The notes under the pieces were generated by a model. That model did not search any database. It was given only the letters and a program-made list of their open reading frames with translations, and was not told the origin of the DNA. Source: Squalus acanthias (taxonomy: Eukaryota). From it: a stretch of DNA of 64,000 bases. The position numbers and the translations under genes were made by a program. Positions 46,681-59,769 of the stretch are shown here, piece by piece. The stretch covers positions 96,598,001 through 96,662,000 of the forward strand of contig CM059431.1 in assembly GCA_030390025.1 (NCBI GenBank), read 5' to 3'. Numbering within the stretch: the stretch's first letter is position 1; each line of letters opens with the position of its first letter.

Positions 46681-47026
46681 ATTAAAGGGTACGGGGAGTG
46701 CCCAGCAGAGTGGAATTAGACTGGGTGGGACATTAAAGGGTACGGGGAGTGAGGGGGAGAGTGGGATTAGACTGGGTGGGATATTAAAAGGTACGGGGAG
46801 TGAGGGGGAGAGTGGGATTAGACTGGGTGGGATATTAAAAGGTACAGGGAGTGAGGGGGAGAGTGGGATTAGACTGGGTGGGATATTAAAGGGTATGGGT
46901 AGTGAGCAGGAGAGTGAGATTAGACTGGGTGGGATATTAAAGGGTACGGGAAGTGAGCAGGAGAGTGGGATTAGACTGGGTGGGATGTTAAAGGGTACGG
47001 GGAGTAAGGGATGAGTGTGGGATTAG
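46681..47026. repeat. 51-52-bp minisatellite, about 7 copies, derived from a CR1 ORF2 terminus
   Basis: The unit ATTAAAGGGTACGGGGAG...GAGTGGGATTAG follows a decayed CR1 end and matches IKGYGE..G.WD*. Confidence 0.85.
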
Positions 47027-47178
47027 ATTTGTCTGAATATAGTAAAAGGTCTGTAACAATGCTGGTAAAACTGAGTTTCAGAGAGTAGAACGCTCTCTAC
47101 TCTAGTGAGTAAACGCTGCAGCGTGTGAACAGAGAGAATTGATCAATAAACGGGGTCACAGTTTATTGCCGAACTAGA

Positions 47179-47470
47179 CAACAACAACAACAACAACTTG
47201 TATTTATATAGCACCTTTAACGTAGTAAAATGTCCCAAGGCGCTTCACAGGAGTATTATAAAACAAAAATTTGACACCAAGCCACATAAGGAGACATTTG
47301 GACAGATGACCAAAAGCTTGGTCAAAGAGGTCGGTTTTAAGGAGCGTCTTAAAGGAGGAGAGAGAGGTAGCGAGGTTTAGGGAGGGAATTCCAGAGATTA
47401 GGGCCGAGGCAACAGAAGGCACGGCCACCAATGGTTGAGTGATTATAATCAGGGATGTTCAAGAGGGCAG
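47179..47470 (-). mobile_element. L2-type LINE 3' end
   Basis: (CAA)n-CTTGTATTTATATAGC as at 2282. Confidence 0.85.
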
Positions 47471-47630
47471 TATTAGACGAGAATATAAACTCCAGGTCGT
47501 CAGATTAATATCACAAACACCATCAGTGATCCAACAGCAGGATACTAAAGTTAGGCCCCAGCAGGAACTGACATCTCCCACTCTTGCCTGCAGATCTGCT
47601 CTGAGATTTGATATTCATGCCAAGACTCAC

Positions 47631-47734
47631 TTGTAAAGATCAGGCTGTGGCTGTTCACATTCAATTGTAGCATTCAAGGTGTCCACTTCCGCCTCAGTTC
47701 GCAAAGCTTTTGTATCTTGAATGGTTTGGTATGT
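47631..47734 (-). CDS. ATP11A: ATP11A coding exon (104 bp) TYQTIQDTKALRTEAEVDTLNATIECEQPQPDLY
   Basis: cttcag|ACA ... AA|gtgagt; ends phase 2. Confidence 0.93.
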
Positions 47735-47888
47735 CTGAAGGAAAGAACGTAAATCTGTAAACATCTCTCTCACATTCAAATCCTGAGACACGAGTTCCAT
47801 CCAGCAATGTCCTTAACTATGTTGCTGCACAGTGGAATATTCAGTCACTAGCACAGCACTTGGGTAATTAGCTGAACACAACACAAAC

Positions 47889-50537
47889 AGAGAAATAACA
47901 AAGGGCAGAAAACGTTAGCGGGAGTGATATATAGACCTCCAAACAGTAATGCGGAGGTTGGGGATGGCATTAAAAGGGAAATTAGAGAAGCGTGCAATAA
48001 GGGCACAGCAGTCATCATGGGTGACTTTAATCTACATATAGATTGGGCTAACCAAATTAGTAACAATACTGTGGAGGAGGAATTCCTGGAGTGTTTACGG
48101 GATGGTTTCCTGGACCAATATGTCAAGGAACCAACCAGAGATCAGGCCATCTTCGACTGGGTATTATGCAATGAGAAAGGATTAATTAGCAATCTTGTTG
48201 TGCGAGGCCCCTTGGGGCGGAGCAATCATAATATGATAGAATTCTTCATTAGGATGGAGAGTGAAGTAGTTGACTCAGAGACTAGGGTCCTGAATTTAAA
48301 TAAAGGAAACTACGATGGTATGAGGTGCGAGTTGGGTAGGATTGATTGGGGAATGTCACTCAAAGGGTTGACGGTGGATAGGCAATGGCAAACATTCAAA
48401 GACCGCATGGACGAACTACAGAATTTATTCATCCCAGTTTGGCATAAGAATAAAACAAAAACGGTGACTCAACCATGGCTAACAAGGGAAATTAGGGATA
48501 GCATAAGATCCAAGGAGAGGGCATATAAATTGGCCAGAAAAAGCAGTAACCCTGAGGATTGGGAGCAGTTTAAGATTCAACAAAGGAGGACAAAGGGATT
48601 CATTAAGAAGGGGAAAATAGAATACGAGAGTAAGCTTGCAGGGAACATAAAAACTGACTGTAAAAGCTTTTATAGATATGTGAAGAGAAAAAGATTAGTG
48701 AAATCAAGCATAGGTCCCTTGCAGTCAGAATCAGGGGAACTTATAATGGGGAACAAAGAAAAGTCAGACCAATTAAATACATATTTTGGTTCTGTCTTCA
48801 CAAAGGAGGACACAAATAACCTCCCAGAGATGTTGGGGAACATAGGATCTGATGAAAGGGAGGAACTGAAAGAAATCAGTAGTTGTAGGGAAATGGTGTT
48901 AGGAAAATTGAAGGCCGATAAATCCCCAGGGCCGGATAATCTACATCCTAGGGTACTTAAAGAAGTGGCCCTAGAAATAGCAGATGCATTGCTGATCATC
49001 TTCCAACATTCAATGGAATCTGGAACAGTACCCATGGATTGGAGGGTAGCTAATGTTACCCCACTATTCAAAAAGGGTGGTAGAGAGAAAACGGGGAATT
49101 ACAGACCGGTAAGCCTGACATCGCTGGTGGGGAAAAATGCTAGTGTCCATTATAAAAGATGTAATAGCTGAGCACTTGGAAAACAGTGATAGGATCGGAC
49201 AAAGTCAACATGGATTTACAAAAGGTAAATCATGCTTGACTAATCTACTGGAATTTTTTGAGGATGTAACTGGTAAAATAGATAAGGGAGAACCAGTGGA
49301 TGTGGTGTATTTGGACTTCCAAAAGGCTTTTGATAAGGTCCCGCATAAGAGATTAGCGTGTAAAGTTAAGGCACATGGGATTGGGGGCAAGGTATTGACT
49401 TGGATAGAGAACTGGTTGGCAGACAGAAAGCAAAGAGTTGGAATAAACGGGTCTTTTTCCGAGTGGCAGGCAGTGACTAGTGGGGTACCGCAGGGATCGG
49501 TCCTTGGACCCCAGCTATTCACAATATATATTAATGATCTAGACAAGGGAACTAGATGTAATATCTCCAAGTTTGCAGACGACACAAAGCTGGGTGGGCG
49601 TGTGTGCTGTGAGGAGGATGCTGAGAAACTCCAGGATGATTTGGACAGGTTGGATGATTGGGCAGAAGCATGGCAGATGCGATATAACGTAGATAAATGC
49701 GAGGTTATCCACTTTGGTGTCAAAAACAGGAAGGCAGATTATTATCTGAATGGCAATAGATTGGGAGAAGGGGAAGTGCAACGAGACCTGGGTGTCCTTG
49801 TGCACCAGTCGCTGAAGGTAAGCATGCAGGTGCAGCAGGCGGTTAAGAAGGCAAATGGTATGTTGGCCTTCATAGCGAGAGGGTTTGAGTACAGGAACAA
49901 GGATGTCTTGCTGCAGTTGTACAGGGCCTTGGTGAGACCACACCTTGAGTACTGTGTGCAGTTTTGGTCGCCTTATCTGAGGAAGGATGTTCTTGCCATG
50001 GAAGGAGTTCAGCGAAGATTCACAAGGCTGATACCTGGGATGGCAGGAATGACGTATGAAGAGAGATTTGGTCGATTGGGCTTATACTCGCTGGAGTTTA
50101 GAAGAATGAGAGAGGATCTCATTGAAACTTATAAAATTCTGACAGGACAGGACAGGACAGGACAGGACAGGACAGGACAAACTAGATGCAGGAAGGATGT
50201 TCCCGATGGTCGGGGAGTCCAGAACCAGGGGTCACAGTCTAAGGATAAGGGGTAAGCCATTTAGGACAAAAATGAGGAGGAATTTCTTCACCCAGAGAGT
50301 GGTGAACCTGTGGAATTCTCTGCCACAGAAGGCAGTCGAGACCAATTCATTAAATATATTCAAGAAGGAGTTGGATATATTTCTTAAGGCTAAAGGGATC
50401 AAGGGATATGGGGAGAAAGCAGGGACAGGGTACTGAATTTGGATGATCAGCCATGATCGCATTGAATGGCGGAGCAGGCTAGAGGGGCCGAATGGCCTAC
50501 TCCTGCTCCTATCTTCTATGATTCTATGATTCTATGA
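47889..50537 (+). mobile_element. 5'-truncated young CR1 (same subfamily as 7625-13274)
   Basis: ORFs 47924..49171, 49137..50255 and 50197..50436; (ATTCTATG)n tail. Confidence 0.93.
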
Positions 50538-51589
50538 AACTGCAGGGAATCTTCACAGGGCAACATTGAATCGTGACTTAAAAAAGTTACCTTTATGTCA
50601 AATAGTTTAAATGATGCATAATCAGAATGCAAATCCAGGGTTCTTTGTACAAAATATTACAAATATTACTAGTTACATACTAGTTAACATTACTAATGTG
50701 AAACTTTAAAAAACATCAGAAAAATTTAGCCCAGTATTAGATTTTCTGCTATTGAAACAGCAGAATGTAAAATAGTCTGAGCACCGAAATGGGACAGAGA
50801 ATAAGCAAAAGTCATACATCAGTGATCTTTAAAAAAATAAAATGCTGCAGCCTTAGTCTGAAAACCAGCAAGTCCAAATTCAACAAGTTCCTTATTCAGT
50901 TTACTGAAAATTGACAAAGCTGAGACAAATACTTCTGCAGAAAAAAACTTTAAATATTCATTACCAAAAAAAGATTACTTGAAAGTACAGGGAGCTGGTT
51001 TTAATCAGAGGTTTGAGAGTGAGGTGGATAGTGTGTTAAGATTTAGTATTATGTCAGCTCATTCAAAATATGCCAGGAGATAACATTGCCGCCAGGCTGC
51101 GGGAGGTAACATTAACTAACTGTGTATGGCTGATACACATGGTTGTGTATGTTTTATGTGCATCTTCTCATGCTTGGACAAATGAACAAAATAATGAAAA
51201 ATCGCTGCCAAACAATCCCAGGTGTTTTTGAGAAGCACAGCAGCCAATAAGCAAGGATTGAAAGCAGAGAGGCTGAGTCTCCTCTCCTCTCTCATAGCAC
51301 AAGCCTTCTGCTCTTGATCAGTACTCACACGTGCAAATGGCAGGTGTGGACTGGATTAGGCTCAGCTGTGGAGCTCCCACAATCGAGCAGCCTGCTAACC
51401 CACGCTGTCTTCAGGAAGAGTGGGAAAATTGGCAAACAGCAATAATTTTTTAAGCATTACTCTGCACAGATGAGACGGGAGGGAGGTGGACAAAGAGCCA
51501 AGTGAATTATATTAAGAGTGGATTTTAAATATTGAAATGGGAGACACTCATCTCAGACACGGCAGGAATGTGGCTGCTCAGTCTGTTAC

Positions 51590-51718
51590 CTTGGTACTAG
51601 ACTCGCCATCCAGGCTAGCTGTTGTAACAAAACATGTTCCATCCTCACTGCTCGAAGACAAGAAGACCATGTCACAGGGAAACGTTTCATTCTCCTTGGT
51701 CATCACAATGTCTCCAAC
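51590..51718 (-). CDS. ATP11A: ATP11A coding exon (129 bp) [16 protein letters not shown]...[13 protein letters not shown]-domain DGES motif
   Basis: ttgcag|GTT ... AAG|gtaaca; lies in ORF 51578..51769. Confidence 0.95.
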
Positions 51719-51835
51719 CTGCAAGAATATCGCAAACGTTATAAAAAGCAAAGCCCGCTTGACCTCCACCCCCTCTAAACGCCCCCCTCCCCTCTAACCT
51801 CCCCTCCGCCCCGCAGATTTCTCACATTTACTTAC

Positions 51836-51943
51836 CCGCAGTTTTCTGCTCTGTTTTTGAACCACTTTGCCGTCCTGGATGATGTGAACAGGACATTTAT
51901 TCACTGCGTTATCGGCTTTATGCCGAAGCCAATCCTCATAACC
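51836..51943 (-). CDS. ATP11A: ATP11A coding exon (108 bp) GYEDWLRHKADNAVNKCPVHIIQDGKVVQKQSRKLR
   Basis: cacag|GGT ... CGG|gtaagt. Confidence 0.95.
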
Positions 51944-52891
51944 CTGTGGACGGACAGTGAGCAGCGTTTGTTATAGAGCAAACATCACTGACTGAATCAC
52001 TGCAACAACACAATCGCTCATTGCCCTGTGTAAAGCCCAGAATATGAACTTGGATTATAAATTGATCAAATCAGAATATATTCAGGCAACTAACTTCAAT
52101 CTCTGCTTTGATTCCTTGATTTGCAGTTATTCTCTTTCTATTTCGGTTGCACCACATCAATTGATAGGGATTGCCTAAACATGCTCGATTTTGCTGCCTT
52201 TGCCTTCCTTTACTTTGAATCAGTTACCAGCAAAGGCAATATAAAGGGGGTCATTCTGCACAGAGCGAGCGCTTTGAAGATTAAACACTTTCTTGTAATG
52301 TAGGAGCTGGTCAAAAGCCCACAGGCTAAAATTGGGAGTCATTTCAAAACTGCAAGCCATATATTGAAGAGAGGGCAGTGCATGGTATGGCACGGTAAAG
52401 GACGGCGAGGCACTGTGTGACGGGTGTGGCGCAGTGAGGTGAAGGGCCGTGACAAACCACCTGAACCCAACTCACCTGCCCCCCGATCCAGATCTCAGGA
52501 CCTACCTGGTTTTCTGGAACCTCCCTCTCCTGTGTTCCTGGGAGCCCTTTCCTCATGCATCAACATATTGGGAGCCACTGCTAGACCCCGAGAACCCATC
52601 GTAACAGAGTCAGGTCCCAAGCCGACTCCCTTTGTGGATATCAGTGTTCCTGATCACTTGTGGCGCGAATGTTATTTTCCACAACACGACTGTTCTGATT
52701 TAACCTCCAACTCACCACGAGCAACACCATGGGAGGTTTACTAGTATCAAATTAAAAGTGTGCATGAGTGTATTCAGACCTTTACACTTTGTGCATCAAA
52801 CGTTCTTTAAAAATCCTGAACTCTTCACTATGGAAACACAAAAAAGTACAGGGCACGAAAGTGTCTGCAATCTGAAAATTTCTCAATCATA

Positions 52892-54660
52892 GGGACAGGA
52901 GGAATTAATAATGGGGAACGGGGAAATGGCAGAGACCCTGAACAAATATTTTGTATCTGTCTTCACGGTAGAAGACACTAACAACATCCCAATAATGGAC
53001 AATCAAGGGGCCACAGGGAGGGGGAAACTAAAGACAATCACTATCACTAAGGAAAAAGTACTTGGTAAAATAATGGGACTAAAAGACGACAAGTCCCCTG
53101 GACCAGATGGCCTGCATCCCAGGGTCTTAAAAGAAGTGGCTGCAGAGATAGTGGATGCATTGGTTGCAATGTACCAAAATTCCCTGGACTCTGGAGAGGT
53201 CCCACCCGATTGGAAAACCGCAAATGTAACACCCCTATCTAAGAAAGGAGGGAGACAGAAAGCAGGAAACTATAGACTAGTTAGCCTAACATCTGTCGTT
53301 GGGAAAATGCTGGAGTCCTTCATTATGGAAGCAGTAGCAGGGCATTTTGAAAATCATTATGCAGTCAAACAGAGTCAGCATGGTTTTATGAAAGGGAAAT
53401 CATGTTTAACAAATTTGCTGGAGTTCTTTGAGGATGTTATGAGCAGGGTGGATAAAGGGTGAGCCAGTAGATGTGGTGTATTTGGATTTCCAGAAGGCAT
53501 TCGATAAAGTGCCACATAAAAGGTTACTGCATAAGATAAGAGCTCACGGAGTTGGGGGTAATATATTAGCATGGATAGAGAATTGGCTAACTAACAGAAA
53601 GCAGAGAGTCGGGATAAATGGGTCATTTTCCAGTTGGCAAACGGTAACTAGTGGGGTGCCACAGGGATCGGTGCTGGGGCCTCAACTATTTACTATCTAC
53701 AATAATGACTTGGATGAAGGGACTGAGTGTAATGTAGCCATGTTTGCAGATGATACAAAGATGGGTGGGAAAGCAAGTTGTGCAGAGGACTCAAAGAATC
53801 TGCAGAGGGATATAGACAGGCTAAGTGAGTTGGCAAACATTTGGCAGATGGAGTATAATGTGGGAAAGTGCATGTTATCCACTTTGGCAGGAAAAATAAA
53901 AAAGCAAATTATTATTTAAATGGAGAGAGATTACAAAATGCTACAGTTCAGAGGGACCTGGGGGTCCTTGTGCATGAAACACAAAAAGTTAGCATGCAGG
54001 TGCAGCAAGTATTCAAAATGGCAAATGGAATGTTGGCCTTTATTGCAAAGGGGTTGGAGTATAAAAGCAGGGAAGTCCTGCTAAAACTGTACAGGGTATT
54101 GGTGAGACCACACCTTGAGTACTGCGTACAGTTTTGGTCTCCTTATTTAAGGAAGGATATACTTGCATTGGTGGCAGTTCAGAGACGATTCACACGGTTG
54201 ATTCCTGAGGTGAGGGGGTTGACTTATGAAGAAAGGTTGAGCCTATACCCATTGGAATTTAGAAGGATGAGAGGTGATCTTATTGAAACATATAAGATAC
54301 TGAGGGGGCTCGACAAGGTAGATGCAGAGAGGATGTTTCCCCTCGTGGGGAAATCTCGAACTCGGGGCCATAGTTGCAGAATAAAGGGTCGCCCTTTTAG
54401 AACTGAGATGAGGAAGAATTTCTTCTCTCAGAGGGTCATAAATCTATGGAATTCTCTGCCCCAGAGAGCCGTGGAGGCTGGGTCATTAAATATATTTAAG
54501 GTGGAGATAGACAGATTTTTACAAGATAAGGGAGTGAAGGGTTATGGGGAGCGGGCTGGGAAGTGGCTTTGAGCCCAAGATCAGCCATGATCTTATTGAA
54601 TGGCGGAGCAGGCTCGAGGTGCCAAGTGGCCTATTCCTGATCCTATTTCTTATGTTCTTA
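52892..54660 (+). mobile_element. 5'-truncated CR1
   Basis: ORFs 52911..53462, 53473..53919 and 53868..54572. Confidence 0.92.
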
Positions 54661-54875
54661 TTCAGCCTCTCGAGCCTGTCGCGCCATTCAATTAAATCAT
54701 GGCTGATGTATATCTTAACTCCATTAACCACCTTAGTTCCGTAACCCTCGATACCCTTACCCAACAAAATTCTATCAATCTCACTATTAAAAGCTCCAAT
54801 TGACCCTCAGCATCCACAGCTTTGTGGGGCAGAGTTCCAGATTTCCACTAGCCTTTGTGTGAAAAATGCTTCCTT
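54661..54875 (-). mobile_element. CR1 3' fragment, tail-to-tail with the preceding CR1
   Basis: Reverse complement of the CR1 3'UTR; similar to 34450-34765. Confidence 0.75.
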
Positions 54876-55037
54876 CTTTTTAATTTCAGATATTTACCTC
54901 TTCTCCCTTAAACTTTTCCACATGATCTGCCTCCATGGAATAGGGGGAAACAAAGGAGGGGAGGTGAGGTGAGAGGGAGAAGAGAAGAGGAGAGGAGAGA
55001 ATTGGAAGCAAGACACACATTTTGTCCAGTGCCTCAC

Positions 55038-55118
55038 CTGTTTGATTGCTGTCACAGTGATTACAAAGAAAAGTGGAAGTCCACTGGTTACTGGACTGGT
55101 TGGAGTATCAATGATCAA
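55038..55118 (-). CDS. ATP11A: ATP11A coding exon (81 bp) [27 protein letters not shown]
   Basis: tttcag|TTG ... CAG|gtgagg; TM2. Confidence 0.95.
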
Positions 55119-55184
55119 CTGAAAATAAAAAGAGAGTGTTAATCCACTGTAAAAGCTCAAAAGCTATTTCATCACTTATTGCTA

Positions 55185-55578
55185 AAAAAAAAGACTTGCA
55201 TTTATATAGAGCCTTTCACGACCACCGGATGTCTCAAAGCGCTTTACAGCCAATTAAGTACTTTTGAAGTGGAGTCACTGTTGTAATGTGGGAAACGCGG
55301 CAGCCAATTTGCGCACAGCAAGGTCCCACAAACAGCAATGTGATAATGACCAGATAATCTGTTTTTGTTATGTTGGTTGAGGGACAAATATTGGCCAAGA
55401 CACCGGGGATAACTCCCCTGCTCTTCTTCGAAATAGTGCCATGGGATCTTTTACGTCCACCTGAGAGAGCAGACGGGGCCTCGGTTTAACGTCTCATCTG
55501 AAAGACGGCACCTCCAACAGTGCAGCACTCCCTCACCACTGCACTGGAGTATCAGCCTAGCTTTATGTGTCCAGTCCC
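55185..55578 (-). mobile_element. Deu-domain SINE (SacSINE1/AmnSINE1-like) with an L2-like tail; head truncated
   Basis: Minus strand reads GGAGTGCTGCACTGTTGGAGGTGCCGTCTTTCAGATGAGACGTTAAACCGAGGCCCCGTCTG...GATCCCATGGCACTATTTCGAAGAAGAGCAGGGG, recognised from memory as the Deu core. Confidence 0.8.
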
Positions 55579-55758
55579 TAAGTGTAAATAGTAACTAAAA
55601 CTGCCTGATAATTGGTTGAATGTTCTGTGCAATATATTCTGAATGATTAATGCCAAAATCTACAGAACTTGATAAAATGATCTTTCACTGCAACAAAAAT
55701 GTAAAATCTATCGCATTCAGAAGCCACATTCTGAATAAATGATAGAATCTCTCCGTAC

Positions 55759-55848
55759 CTGCACAAGGAATATGATGAGGAAATAGAAGTTAGCAATTCT
55801 TCTGAACTGTTCGAACAAGTTCTTGGGAATGAAGTTCCAGAAAGTATA
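55759..55848 (-). CDS. ATP11A: ATP11A coding exon (90 bp) [30 protein letters not shown]
   Basis: cttgtacag|TAT ... CAG|gtacgg; TM1 region. Confidence 0.95.
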
Positions 55849-56247
55849 CTGTACAAGAAAAGAAAAAGCAAGTAATTGAATGGTCGGCAATAAAAACAAG
55901 CATTAACTCTACACTTATCACGTCAGACGTAAAATGTATCAAAAAATGGGTCACACAGAAAGAAGCAGCCAACGATTAGATAACCCACGAGTTATAGGAC
56001 CAGCGAGCATTAGATAATGGATGAATACACGGGGAACTGCGGACACACAGGCATTGTGAATATACAGTGCCTATGTCTGGCCTGTATGTGACTCCAGTCC
56101 CACACCAATGTGGTTGACACTTAACTGCACTCTCAAATGGCCTAAAAGTCACTCAGTTGTATCAAACCACTACAGTGGTTCAAGAAGGCGGCTCACCGCC
56201 ACCTTCTCAGAGCAACTGGGGATGGGTAATAAATGCCGGCCTTGATC

Positions 56248-56740
56248 GAGTTGCTGCAGTGCATCTTGTAGATGGGACACACTGCAGCCACGGTACGCCG
56301 GTGGTGAAGGGAGTGAATGTTTAAGGTGGTGGATGGGGTGTCAAGCAAGCGGTCTGCTTTGTCCTTGATAATGTCAAGCTTCTTGAGTGTTGTTGGAGCT
56401 GCACTCATCCAGGCAAGTGGAGAGGATTCCATCACACTCCTGACTATATAAATACAAGTTGTTGTTGTTGTTGACTTGTGCCTTGTAGATGGTGGAAAGG
56501 CTTTGGGGAGTCAGGAGGTGAGACACTCGCCGCAGAATACCTAGCCTCTGACCTGCTCTTGTTGCCACAGTATTTATGTGGTTGGTCCAGTTAAGTTTCT
56601 GGTCAATGGTGACTCCCCAGGATGCTGATGGTTGGGGATTCAATGATGGTAATGCCGTTGAATGTCACAGGGAGGTGGTTCGACTCTCTCTTGTTGAAGA
56701 TGGTCAGTACCTGCCACTTGTGTGGCACGAATGTTACTTG
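56248..56740 (-). mobile_element. LINE fragment (36525-37457 family), preceded by a plus-strand SINE fragment at about 56075-56243
   Basis: ORFs 56193..56435 and 56374..56643 GVTIDQKLNW. Confidence 0.82.
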
Positions 56741-57025
56741 ATTCAGAGGAAGATACAAGACTATGGAGTGGGGTTAGTTTTGGCTTGCTCTAGCAAAGAG
56801 CTGACACAGGTATGATGGGCTGAATGGCCTACTTCTGTGCTGATAACAGTTTGCAGTTCTATGGAAGGGAGAGAGTGCATGGCAACTGGAAGGGAGGAGC
56901 CAGCAAGAATGGCAAAAGACGGTGGGCAGAGTGAATGGCATATATTAACCGTGTGCTGCACTGGCAGCAGCTCATCATTGGCAGAAGCTGAAAGACCAGG
57001 TCCGTGCCCTGGTCTCAACAGCATC

Positions 57026-59129
57026 GTGTCAGAGCAATGGGAGGCATTCAAGGAGGAGATCCGGAGGGTTCAGACCAAACATGTGCCCTTAAAGAAAAAA
57101 GGTGGGACGAACAAATTTAGAACCCCCTGGATGTCTAGAGACATACAGGGTAGGATAAAGAAAAAAAGGGAGGCTTATGACCGATACCGAGGGCTAAATA
57201 CTCCAGAATCTTTAGAGGAGTACAGAAAGTGCAGGGGTGCAATTAAAAAGGATATTAGGAAAGCAAAGAGAGAGCATGAAAAATTCTTGGCAAGTAAAAT
57301 CAAGGAAAACCCAAAGATGTTTTATAAATATATTAAGAGTAAGAGGATAACTAAATAAAGGGTAGGGCCTATTAGAGATCATGAGGGTAATCTGTGTGTG
57401 GAGGCGGGAGACGTCGGTCGGGTTCTTAATGAATACTTTGCGTCTGTTTTCACAAAGGAGAGGGGCGAAGCAGACATTGCTATCAGGGAGGAGGAGTGTG
57501 AAATATTAGATGAAATAAACAGTGAGAGAGGAAGTATAAAGGGGTTTAGCAGCTTTAAAAGTGGATAAATCCCCAGGCCTGGATGAAATGTACCCCAGGC
57601 TGTTAAGCGAAGCAAAAGAGGAAATAGCAGAGGCCCTGACCATCATTTTTCAATCTTCTCTGGCTTCAGGTGTGGTGCCGGAGGACTGCTAATGTGGTAC
57701 CCTTGTTTAAAAAGGGAGAAAAGGATAGACTGAGTAATTACAGACCAGTCAGCCTAACCTCGGTGGTGGGAAAATTATTGGAAAGAATTCTGAAGGACAG
57801 GATAAATCTTCATTTAGAAAGACACGGATTAATCAAGGATAGTCAGCACAGATTTGTTAAGGGAAGGTCGTGTCTGACAAACTTGATTGAATTTCTTGAG
57901 GAGGTAACAAGGAGGGGAGATGAGGGTAGTGCATTTGATGTAGTGTATATGGACTTTAGCAAGGCTTTTGATAAGGTTCCACATGGCAGACTGGTCACGA
58001 AGTTAAAAGCCCATGGATCCAGGGCAAAGTATCAAGTTGGATTCAAAACTGGCTCGGAGACAGGAAGCAGAGGGTAATGGTTGATGGGTGTTTTTGTGAC
58101 CGGAAGGCTGTTTCCAGTGGGGTTCTGCAGGGCTCAGTACTAGGTCCCTTGCTTTTTGTGGTATATATCAATGATCTAGACTTGAATATAGGGGGTATGA
58201 TTAAGAAGTTTGCAGATGATACTAAAATCGGCTGTGTGGTTGATACTGAAGGAGGAAGCTGTAGACTGCAGGAAGATATCAATAAATTGGTCAGGTGGGC
58301 AGGACAGTGGCAAATGGAATTCAATCCGGAGAAGTGTGAGGTAATGCATTTGGGGAGGGCTAACAAGGAAAGGGAATACACATTAAATGGTAGGACACTG
58401 AGTAGTGTAGAGGAACAAAGGGACCTTGGAGTGCATGTCCACAGATCCCTGAAGGTAGCAGGCCAAGTAGATAAGGTGGTTAAGAAGGCATTCGGAATGC
58501 TTGCCTTTATTAGCCATGGCATAGAATACAAGAGCAGGGGGGTTATGCTTCAATTGTATCAAACACTAGTTAGGCCTCAGCTAGAGTACTGCGGCAGTTC
58601 TGGTCACCATATTACAGGAAAGATGTGATTGCACTAGAGAGGGTACAGAGGAGATTTACAAGGATGTTGCCAGGAGTAGAGAATCTTAGCTATGAGGAAA
58701 GACTGGATAGGCTGGGTCTGTTTTCCTTGGAACAGAGGAGGCTGAGGGGAGACCTTATTGAGGTGTATAAAATTATGAGGGGCATAGATAAAGTGGATAG
58801 AAAGGACCTATTTCCCTTAGCAGAGGGGTCAAAAACCAGGGGGCACAGATTTAAAGTAATTGGTGGAAGGTTTAGAGGGGATTTGAGGGGAAATTTCTTC
58901 ACCCAGAGGGTTGTGGGGGTCTGGAACTCACTGCCTGAAAGGGTGGTAGAGGCAAGAACCCTAACCACATTTAAAAAGTACTTGGATGTGCACTTGGGAT
59001 GCTCTAACCTGCAGGGCTATGGACCAAGAGCTGGGAAGTGGGATTAGGCTGGATAGCTCTTTGTTGGCCGGCACGGACACGATGGGCCAAAATGGCCTCC
59101 TTCCGTGCTGTAACTTTCTATGATTCTAT
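57026..59129 (+). mobile_element. 5'-truncated CR1
   Basis: ORFs 57670..58077, 58077..58628 and 58625..59047; TTCTATGATTCTAT tail. Confidence 0.92.
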
Positions 59130-59769
59130 CTTCAACACAGTGTGTTTGAAAGTCTAAACAGATGGTGCGAAGCTGGGCAGACTTGGGGCACCACCGAATC
59201 TCTCCTCTAGAAACCAGAAGGGATGCGACAAACAAGTCAGATCCATGTGACACACAGTAACCCAAACTCAAAAGCCCAGAATTTGAAAGAGATATACACG
59301 GCTCATGCTCTCAAACACCACACTAGACCTAGAGAAAAGGAAGGTGGACAACAGTTCAACCCTAGTAGATCAGATCGATATAATTGAACATGGCATGATC
59401 AATAACCACAAAGGACTGGTTAGCTTTGCCTCCCAGCACGGTGCAGGTTTCTTGCATACTTCCAGACACTGTTCTCATTTCATTGCACTCCTTCCTGTTC
59501 AACGCAGCCAACACATCCCTGCAGTACCTTCCCCTCCCGCCATTGCACCTCAAGGCTCCATCTGGACCTTCTACTTCTCATCTACATTCTGTCCTTTGCC
59601 AATATCATCCATAGACAAGAGGTCAGTTTCCATACGTATACCTGTCTGCCTGTTTTTCCGACATCAAGTCATGGAGGAGCCACATCTGTTTCCAGCATAA
59701 TAGCACCCTGTTCCACTTCTGCTAAACACTACACATGCTAGCCCCCTCACTCGGGCTTAATCCAACATT

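Larger units (their letters stand above)
1952..55848 (-). other. ATP11A: ATP11A P4-ATPase (phospholipid flippase) gene, partial span containing 17 coding exons (about human exons 3-19, numbering from memory)
   Basis: The manually spliced exons join in frame over 2081 nt. The peptide closely tracks ATP11A rather than ATP11B/C, e.g. SLDGESS, SMNAFLIVYLCILISKALI, CKLFRRNTQ..ELTTKRIEEQSLHDVLF. Confidence 0.93.
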
